From NCBI GenBank assembly GCA_024274915.1, contig JAJSAC010000024.1, forward strand, positions 5,234 through 69,233: a stretch of DNA of 64,000 bases, given 5' to 3'. Position 1 is the first letter of the stretch; each line of letters opens with the position of its first letter. The notes under the pieces are model-generated. The model was not told the DNA's origin, did not search any database, and saw nothing but the letters and a program-made list of their open reading frames with translations. This DNA comes from Thermodesulfobacteriota bacterium. Lineage in GTDB: Bacteria; Thermosulfidibacterota; Thermosulfidibacteria; Thermosulfidibacterales; B14-G1. The position numbers and the translations under genes were made by a program. This document shows, one piece after another, positions 57,167-64,000 of the stretch.

Positions 57167-57208
57167 AAAAAGAGGGGGCCAGAGTCATACTTCCAGCCCC
57201 CTCTTTTT
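57167..57208. terminator. Bidirectional intrinsic terminator between the nuoG-like gene and ilvE
   Basis: AAAAAGAGGGGGC (57167-79), a 16-nt loop and GCCCCCTCTTTTT (57196-208). The 9-bp GC-rich stem is flanked by an A-run and a T-run. Confidence 0.8.
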
Positions 57209-57222
57209 GACGGGATTGTTCT

Positions 57223-58293
57223 TTAGTCCACCAGCACCGTCCAGCCAGAGGGATCGGGACGGGTGCCGTACTGTATACCTGTTATCTCCTGGAAAAATCT
57301 CTCGGCCAGGGGTCCAGTCTCTCCCTGGTTGATGGTATAGTCCTTGCCCTTGTAATGGAGGAGGCCCACGGGAGATATGACAGCGGCGGTACCAGTACCA
57401 AATATCTCCAGGACTTCCCCTTTTTCCAAGCCTTCCAAGATCTCGTTTATGGTGATGGGTCTCTCCTGGATTTCTATTCCCCACTCCCGAGCCAGGCAGA
57501 TGACAGAGTCCCTGGTGACTCCAGGTAGTATGGAACCCGAAAGGGGTGGTGTGACCAAGGCCTCTTTAAAGAGGAAGAAGATGTTCATGGTGCCCACCTC
57601 TTCTACGAATCTCTTCTCCCTGGCGTCAAGCCACAGAACCTGGGAGTAGCCCTGGGTCTGGGCTTCTTGGGCGGCCTTGAGACTGGCGGCGTAATTGGCC
57701 GCCGCCTTGGTGTGGCCTATGCCCCCGGGCACGGCCCTGACATACTTGTCTGTCACCATGATCTTCACGGGATTGAAGCCCTCCTTGTAGTAGGCACCTA
57801 CGGGGCTGGCGATGATGAAAAAGAGGTACTCCAGGGCAGGTCTCACCCCCAAGGCCGGTTCCGTGGCGATCATGGTGGGCCTGATGTAGAGGGAGGCCCC
57901 TTCTGCCTGGGGTACCCAGCCCTTTTCCAGTCTCACCAGGGTCTTCACCGCCTCAATGAAAAGGTCGGGTTCTATGGTGGGCATGCAGAGGCGCTCTGCC
58001 GAGGCGTTGAGACGCCGGGCGTTCATGTCGGGCCTGAAGAGGCGGATCTTGCCGTCCTGGCCATGGTATGCCTTGAGCCCTTCGAATACTGCCTGGGCGT
58101 AGTGGAGGACCAGGGCAGCGGGGTCCAGCTGGATGGGCTGGTAGGGCACAATGCGGGGATGGTCCCATCCCCGGTCTTGGGTGTAGTTCATGAGAAACAT
58201 GTGATCGGTGAAGTGCTGACCAAAACCCAAGTTGGAAGGGTGGGGTTTGGTTTTTCTCTCCTCCGCCGGCAGGGAGTAGATCTCTATCTCCAT
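57223..58293 (-). CDS. ilvE: Branched-chain amino acid aminotransferase (class IV)
   Basis: 356 aa. Contains FEGLKAY, the K-containing GIGHTKAAANY region and GTGTAAVISPV. Confidence 0.9.
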   Translation of the reverse strand: MEIEIYSLPAEERKTKPHPSNLGFGQHFTDHMFLMNYTQDRGWDHPRIVPYQPIQLDPAALVLHYAQAVFEGLKAYHGQDGKIRLFRPDMNARRLNASAERLCMPTIEPDLFIEAVKTLVRLEKGWVPQAEGASLYIRPTMIATEPALGVRPALEYLFFIIASPVGAYYKEGFNPVKIMVTDKYVRAVPGGIGHTKAAANYAASLKAAQEAQTQGYSQVLWLDAREKRFVEEVGTMNIFFLFKEALVTPPLSGSILPGVTRDSVICLAREWGIEIQERPITINEILEGLEKGEVLEIFGTGTAAVISPVGLLHYKGKDYTINQGETGPLAERFFQEITGIQYGTRPDPSGWTVLVD

Positions 58294-58533
58294 GAGCCCT
58301 CTCCTTTTTCTGGCTTTTTCCTTCTCTTGTTACACAAGGCCCTTCCCTGTCAATGGCAGAGTCCAGTTATGGTCCATTGTACCTGAGATGATGCGGTTGT
58401 TTGGACGGATTCGGGGCCTTGTTAGGCTTTCCATAGTGCTTCGGTCTTCTCTGTGTCCCTCGCCGGTGCCATTGGAATGCTTCATCAGGTTTTTTGTATC
58501 CTGGGGCTTGGTGAGGCCTGGTATGGGTGTTCC

Positions 58534-59091
58534 TCAAAACTTCCCGTACTTCCAGAGGCCCCTTTTTCCCCTTTTGGCCTTTCTCTCCAGGTAGGGGAAC
58601 TCCGAGAGGATCCAGTCCTCCTTGGGCCTCATGGGGAAAGGGAAGGAGAGTCGGGCCCGGGCGTAGCCCTTTTCTATGAGGAGAGCGTTGAGCATGCCGT
58701 CCCTTACATAAACGTACCCCATGAGCCGGCCCTGGGGGTCCCGCTTGATCCAGTCGAACTCCACATAGACCCATCCATCGGGGCATATAAGGCTCTCGGC
58801 GAATTCTTTGGCTTTTATTCCCATCTCCAGGAGCTTTTGGGGATCTATCTTCAGGTATCTGGCCCTCCTTAGAAGCCCGGGTTCCCAGTGGGCAGGAGGA
58901 CTGTCCACCCCCAGGAGGATGAGGGTCTGCTCTTTCCCCTTCCATTCTACCCGAAGGGTATCCCCGGCGATAACCGTTACCACCTTCATTTTCTCCCTGC
59001 CCAGGTTAGAGGCGAGGGAGGGGAGAGTCCAGATGAGAATGATCATGGGTCCCAATGCCAATAAACTCTTTTTGTTCATCTTGCCATCCAT
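58534..59091 (-). CDS. Secreted thermonuclease (SNase-like)
   Basis: Signal peptide ..IILIWTLPSLAS. Then VVTVIAGDTLRVEW..LILLGVDSPP, RDPQGRLMGYVYV and ALLIEKGYAR. Confidence 0.8.
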   Translation of the reverse strand: MDGKMNKKSLLALGPMIILIWTLPSLASNLGREKMKVVTVIAGDTLRVEWKGKEQTLILLGVDSPPAHWEPGLLRRARYLKIDPQKLLEMGIKAKEFAESLICPDGWVYVEFDWIKRDPQGRLMGYVYVRDGMLNALLIEKGYARARLSFPFPMRPKEDWILSEFPYLERKAKRGKRGLWKYGKF

Positions 59092-59187
59092 CCTTCTTTG
59101 ATGGTGTCCTTCTAATTTCGGATTTCCCTCGATATTGAGAGATGAATTTGGATCTGGAAGGATTTTGTTAAGGGAATTTCATGCAAT

Positions 59188-59967
59188 TCACTCTTTCCAC
59201 CCCGTAAAGAGCACCCGACTCTCCATGGTGCCCCGGTCCTCGCTGGGGGAATGGTGGAATGAGACGGTGTGGCTTTCCACTTTTGTGAAGCCCGCTTCTT
59301 CTAGCATGTTCACAATTTCTTCCTTTGAATATAGGCGTAAGCAGTAGCTGTGCTCTTTTACGCGGCCTTTTATGGGGTGGGTCACCCGTTCCCGGCAGAT
59401 GAGGAGGGGAGGCTCCAGTCTCCTGAAGCGCTCCACGGTGAGGCCGGAGGGAGTTTGGTGCTGGGAGAAGGGAGGAAGCTCCTTCTCGATAAACTCCCTG
59501 TTGGCCACTTCCAGGATAAGGCGGCCCTTTGGCTGGATGACCCGGTAGGCTTGCTGGAGGAGGATGAGGTTTTCTTTGTCGCGAGGGAAGTAACCAAAGG
59601 AGTTGCCCACCAGGAGGACCCCTCCGAATGAGTTGGTTTTGAAGGGGAGGCTCCCGGCTTCTCCCCTGAGGATGAGGGGTTGAAGGGCCTTTTGAAGGGC
59701 CCGCCTCTGGGCCTCCAAAAGGAGGGGGAGAGAGTAATCCAGCAAGACCACGGGGCCCCACCCCCGGGCCAGAAGTTCCAGGGTATGCCGGCCATGGCCA
59801 CCGCACAGATCAAGGAGGGGCTCTCCCTTTTTCCATTCTCCCAGCTCCAGATAGAAGTCTACTTCTCTGGCTGTCTGGACGGGGTCTTCCACGCTCCTGG
59901 CGTCGGTTTCCAGGTAGAGGAGGTCGAAGGCCTCCTTCCACCATTGGGGGTGGGGGTGTTTCGTCAC
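59188..59967 (-). CDS. Class I SAM-dependent methyltransferase
   Basis: The GTG start at 59967 overlaps the upstream TGA (GTGA) and follows AAGGAG. Motif I is LLDLCGGHGRHTLELL, and post-I is VVLLDYS. The track ORF extension to 60774 is spurious. Confidence 0.8.
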   Translation of the reverse strand: MTKHPHPQWWKEAFDLLYLETDARSVEDPVQTAREVDFYLELGEWKKGEPLLDLCGGHGRHTLELLARGWGPVVLLDYSLPLLLEAQRRALQKALQPLILRGEAGSLPFKTNSFGGVLLVGNSFGYFPRDKENLILLQQAYRVIQPKGRLILEVANREFIEKELPPFSQHQTPSGLTVERFRRLEPPLLICRERVTHPIKGRVKEHSYCLRLYSKEEIVNMLEEAGFTKVESHTVSFHHSPSEDRGTMESRVLFTGWKE

Positions 59968-61355
59968 TCCTTCCACTCCACCAGCTCCTGGGCCCCGAAG
60001 CCCATTAGTCCATCCGAGGCCACAATGCCCGCTGAGCCACTCCAGGGCTGGAGGAGGGCCAGCTCTTTCTCTCGGGGGGTTAGTTTCACCACGTGGTCCA
60101 ACTTTCCTTCCCGCCAAAGGGCTTCTAGCTGAACGCAGTCCCTCCACAGGTTCTGTGCGTATATGTGGAGGTACTCCAAGGGGTTGGGGTGTAGGAGGCG
60201 GGGGCGGAGGGTAGATTTGATGGGGCCCAGGAGGTAGGTGTGTCCCATTTTCAGGGCCTCTGCTTCCATTTCCTCTTTCATCTCCTGGATGAGGGCGGGA
60301 GGTGCTTCCAGAATTGCCCTGTTGATAGTTTCCACGGCTTCTTTTACCGTCATTTCTGGGGGTACGAGGGCCAGGGCGTTGTTGCCTCCCCCTGAACCCA
60401 CGTTGGTGGGGATGCCTCCAAAACGGGAGACCATTCCCATGAGTCCCTGGGGTCCAATGAGGCATCGGAAATCTGTTTGAAACACCCTGAGGGTTACTGT
60501 GCCATCCTCCAGCCAGGGGAAGGGCTCGGACCACAAAGGAATGGGAACCAGGCCCTGGAGGATGTAATTCCCTTTTTGAAGGGCCTTCTGAACGCAGCCT
60601 TCCCAATTGTCGCACAGGGGTCCTACAAAGACACCCTTTCCGGAGTGACCCTGGGCCGGTTTCAGCACCAAGGATTCTTGGCGACTCCTGGCCCACTCCA
60701 CCAGGTCTTTTATGTCCTCTCCCATGGGGCCTCGGGTGGCTCGGGGGTAAAAGAGGCGGGTCCAGGGGGTCCACTTTCGAGTGGTCTCTGTGAGGTCCCT
60801 GCCTAAGGGGCTGTCCATCACCTCCATGAGAGATTTCACCCCCACGGGTTCCATGCCCCGGGGGTTCACCACTATACCCAGGGAGATGGCCTGGACCAGG
60901 GCTCCTGCTCGGTTTTCCCTCTCCAGCCGGGAGATATCCGTATTGTTCATGTCCAGGTAGATGAGGGTTACTTCCTTTCCGTGTAGGAGGATGGTGTCTC
61001 CCCGGCTCTCCAGGTGTCGGGGGGCAGCCAGACTGGCCTTCACACCAGGTATGTAGTTCAAAAGACGAATAAGGTTTTTGTTCTCTGGAACTTCCTCCAG
61101 AGTTTCCTCTTCAGCTACCAAGATAATGTGGGGGGGGCGGTTGCCCCACAGTTCCCTGTGTCTCTCCAGTAGCATTTGAGCAAGGGCGGGAGCAGGGTGG
61201 AAAAGGGGGTGGTCGAAGTCCAGGGGGATCTTCAGGCCGGTGATCTTCTGGATGTGGACCCACGCCTCTTTGGCGATCTTCTGGGCCATCCTCTGGTAAT
61301 CCCACCCCCCTGGGCTTCCCAGGTTCCATTCAGCGTGATAGCCCGCTAGACCCAT
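59964..61355 (-). CDS. ATP-grasp-like ligase (463 aa), family unassigned
   Basis: SLVLKPAQGHSGKGVFVG (ATP-grasp Lys/Gly-loop-like) and TDFRCLIGPQGLMGMVSRFGGIPTNVGSGGG (RimK/GshB-like R..N..GG end). Large extra N- and C-terminal regions. Confidence 0.5.
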   Translation of the reverse strand: MGLAGYHAEWNLGSPGGWDYQRMAQKIAKEAWVHIQKITGLKIPLDFDHPLFHPAPALAQMLLERHRELWGNRPPHIILVAEEETLEEVPENKNLIRLLNYIPGVKASLAAPRHLESRGDTILLHGKEVTLIYLDMNNTDISRLERENRAGALVQAISLGIVVNPRGMEPVGVKSLMEVMDSPLGRDLTETTRKWTPWTRLFYPRATRGPMGEDIKDLVEWARSRQESLVLKPAQGHSGKGVFVGPLCDNWEGCVQKALQKGNYILQGLVPIPLWSEPFPWLEDGTVTLRVFQTDFRCLIGPQGLMGMVSRFGGIPTNVGSGGGNNALALVPPEMTVKEAVETINRAILEAPPALIQEMKEEMEAEALKMGHTYLLGPIKSTLRPRLLHPNPLEYLHIYAQNLWRDCVQLEALWREGKLDHVVKLTPREKELALLQPWSGSAGIVASDGLMGFGAQELVEWKE

Positions 61356-61361
61356 GATCCG

Positions 61362-62465
61362 TCACCACAGGAGATGGACGTTGCCCAGGTGCACGTTTTC
61401 CAGTCCCTCTCCTCGGGCGGCTTCCAGGCAGTCCATGGCCCACTGGCGAGGGGTGGTGGGGAGGTCATCCATGAGGTGTTGGGGGTGGAAGGCTAGCAGG
61501 GAGTAGGGGATCTGTGGATCGCAAGAGGCAATGAAGCGGGCAATGTAGGCCACTTCTCGGGCGTCTATATAGCCTGGGACCAAGAGGGTGCTGGCAGTCA
61601 GGAGGGGAGGATCGGGTCTCTCCTGGATGAAGCGGGAGACGTAGTGGAAGTTGGTCAGGGTGGTCTGGTTGTCCACACCGCAGAGGGCCCTATGGAGGTT
61701 TGGGTTCCAGGCCTTGAGATCGAATTTTACGGTGCCCCCCGTGGAGAGGGACAACTGTATGATCTGTTCCAACAGGGACCGGCTTACACTACCGTTGGTT
61801 TCCCAGCAGATGCGGAGGATTCCTTCCTTGTTCCTTAAGGCCTCATAGCTGGTGGCCAAGGCGTGAAGGATCTGGGAGGCAGGGTCTCCTCCGAAGAAAC
61901 ATATGCAAGCGGTGGAGGGGGAGAGGGCCCGCTGTGCCAGTTCATCGGCCCTCACCAGTTCCTTCTCGTGGGCGTATATGACCTTGTAGCTCCAGTTCTG
62001 GCAAAAGAGGCAGTCGAAGGTGCAGGAGGCATAGAATACGGCCAGGTTCTGGTATCCGTATTCCGCCTCGGGAGAGTAGCTGTACTGGGGGTAGCCTGCG
62101 CGGGAGCACCCGGCACATACCCAGTGGGCTACACAGTTGGTGGGGAGGGGGTCGTAGTACCAGTGGAGTTTGCCCCTGGTCTTGTCGCCTACCAGATGGG
62201 CCAGCTTGCCATCTCGGTTGGCTTTGGTACCGCAGAATCCCTTTTCTCCTAAGGGTATTCGACACGCGTTGCCACAAAAGTTGCACTCCACTCCCTGGAG
62301 GTCTTTGGGAATCCGGGTGGTCAAGTGGTAGGGGAGTCTACCTCTGGAATGGAGGTTTCGAGCCCTTTCAAGGGCCTGTTCGTTGCCCTTCCTTATGCAG
62401 TCCACACAGTATCCCAGTCTCACCGAGAGGAAGGGGACCTCCATGCCGCATCCTTTACACTTCAT
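61362..62465 (-). CDS. Radical SAM enzyme, PflA/activase-like, with N-terminal Cys-rich extension
   Basis: The CX3CX2C cluster is ASCTFDCLFCQNW. The N-terminus is MKCKGCG..CVDC and ECNFCGNACRIPLGEKGFCG. ATGA overlap with the upstream small ORF. Confidence 0.85.
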   Translation of the reverse strand: MKCKGCGMEVPFLSVRLGYCVDCIRKGNEQALERARNLHSRGRLPYHLTTRIPKDLQGVECNFCGNACRIPLGEKGFCGTKANRDGKLAHLVGDKTRGKLHWYYDPLPTNCVAHWVCAGCSRAGYPQYSYSPEAEYGYQNLAVFYASCTFDCLFCQNWSYKVIYAHEKELVRADELAQRALSPSTACICFFGGDPASQILHALATSYEALRNKEGILRICWETNGSVSRSLLEQIIQLSLSTGGTVKFDLKAWNPNLHRALCGVDNQTTLTNFHYVSRFIQERPDPPLLTASTLLVPGYIDAREVAYIARFIASCDPQIPYSLLAFHPQHLMDDLPTTPRQWAMDCLEAARGEGLENVHLGNVHLLW

Positions 62466-62764
62466 GGTTCCTCCATTAGCAAAGTGGGCATGAACTCGTT
62501 TTCCCAGACGAACTGGAGGAGGGGGAGGATCTTTTCTTCCTCATCGAGGAGACGCCTTTCCAAGAAGAGGCTACAGAGGTGGCTCAGATAGGGCTCGTTC
62601 ACCTCCTTGGAGGGCCACGCCTCTCCCTGTTCAGCGTCACAAGCCAAGGCGAACCAATGGGTCTTGAAGACCAGTACCACTACGCTCCTCCTGGGCTCTG
62701 CAAGAGAGGAGATGGTGAATCCCGTATTCCACAAAGCTTCTATGTAGTATTCTCCCAACTCCAC
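62462..62764 (-). CDS. Hypothetical acidic 100-aa protein
   Basis: ORF only. GTG start 3 nt after the mtnP stop, and its stop overlaps the radical SAM ATG. No motif recognised. Confidence 0.4.
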   Translation of the reverse strand: MELGEYYIEALWNTGFTISSLAEPRRSVVVLVFKTHWFALACDAEQGEAWPSKEVNEPYLSHLCSLFLERRLLDEEEKILPLLQFVWENEFMPTLLMEEP

Positions 62765-62767
62765 TTT

Positions 62768-63640
<873 letters not shown>

Positions 63641-63711
63641 CTCTTCCCTCCTGCCAGCCTGTTTTTTTCTAGCGTTCCTTAAACTCCGTTAAACATCAAG
63701 CAGACGGCCCT

Positions 63712-64000
63712 TTATCCCAACTCTATGAGGCTGCCCACGCAGTTGACGGCAAAGGCGTCTCCCAGCACCTGGGACATGCGGCATGTGGCCCTGAATCCCG
63801 TGCAGTGGCATGGAACGACGAGATCTGCTCCCAGCTCCTTGAGATGGAGGATGGTCTCCTCCATGGTGTCCTCTGGAACCACCCCCAGGTGAAACCCGCC
63901 AATGACGGCGGATACTCTCTCTTTCCCCAGCTCTTGGGCGTGTCTCACCATGTTGATAATACCGGGATGGGAGCAGCCCGCTATGACCACTAGCCCCCTG
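63712..64000 (-). CDS. MBL-fold metallo-hydrolase, C-terminal part (5' end beyond the window)
   Basis: ..AGCSHPGIINMV...IGGFHL...VPCHCTG is typical of COG1237-type MBL proteins. The frame is open to the window edge. Confidence 0.6.
   Translation of the reverse strand, partial: RGLVVIAGCSHPGIINMVRHAQELGKERVSAVIGGFHLGVVPEDTMEETILHLKELGADLVVPCHCTGFRATCRMSQVLGDAFAVNCVGSLIELG

Noticed and set aside
59968-60774. 5' extension of the methyltransferase ORF (528 aa in the track).
   Set aside because: The extension overlaps the ATP-grasp-like gene on the same strand in another frame and is P/G/R-rich nonsense. A GTG at 59967 with an AAGGAG RBS and a GTGA stop/start overlap gives a normal 259-aa methyltransferase.

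Overview
The window is densely coding on both strands, with about 65 genes and 2 tRNAs. I see no rRNA, CRISPR array, transposase or prophage. Protein composition is K/E/R/G-rich with GGG/AGG/GAG/AAG codon use. Gene content includes 2-oxoacid:ferredoxin oxidoreductase, many multihaem cytochromes, HD-GYP and sigma54-type signalling proteins and a split GOGAT. Together these suggest a thermophilic anaerobe, possibly Thermodesulfobacteriota-like; this is inference only. About 70% of the window is housekeeping: ppiD-pyrR-pyrB-tsaE, yicC-gmk-xerC-hslVU, xerD, alr, guaA, tyrS, rlmB, nfo, ilvE, mtnP. The regions that stand out are listed below.

1. **nt 1-10119, multihaem cytochrome locus.** Translationally coupled genes carry 56 haem-binding motifs in total (26 + 16 + 6 + 8). 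A PPIase gene lies upstream and two beta-propeller genes sit among the cytochrome genes. The hexahaem member matches the motif order I recall for Geobacter OmcS, the nanowire cytochrome, including the CHTMH histidine. An MNT/HEPN toxin-antitoxin pair is inserted in the middle, and a decayed MFS gene lies at the right edge.
2. **59188-63640 (-), uncharacterised operon.** It runs MTA phosphorylase, 100-aa protein, PflA-like radical SAM enzyme, ATP-grasp-like ligase, SAM methyltransferase.
3. **51061-57208, porGDAB fused to a NuoE/NuoF/NuoG-N-terminal-like flavin/FeS module.** No hydrogenase or formate dehydrogenase catalytic subunit is present.
4. **hslU interrupted by one in-frame TAG.** It is followed by a PilT paralogue that has lost every ATPase motif.
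5. **About 32287-32363, head-to-head heptanucleotide repeat array.** It forms an imperfect palindrome of about 80 bp.
6. **Degenerate or unusual regulators.** One is an NtrC-like protein lacking GAFTGA and Walker B, upstream of a five-gene split glutamate synthase. Another is a GAF-HD-GYP-GGDEF-PBP1 fusion.

All family assignments come from reading the translated ORFs and recognising motifs. No database search was run.
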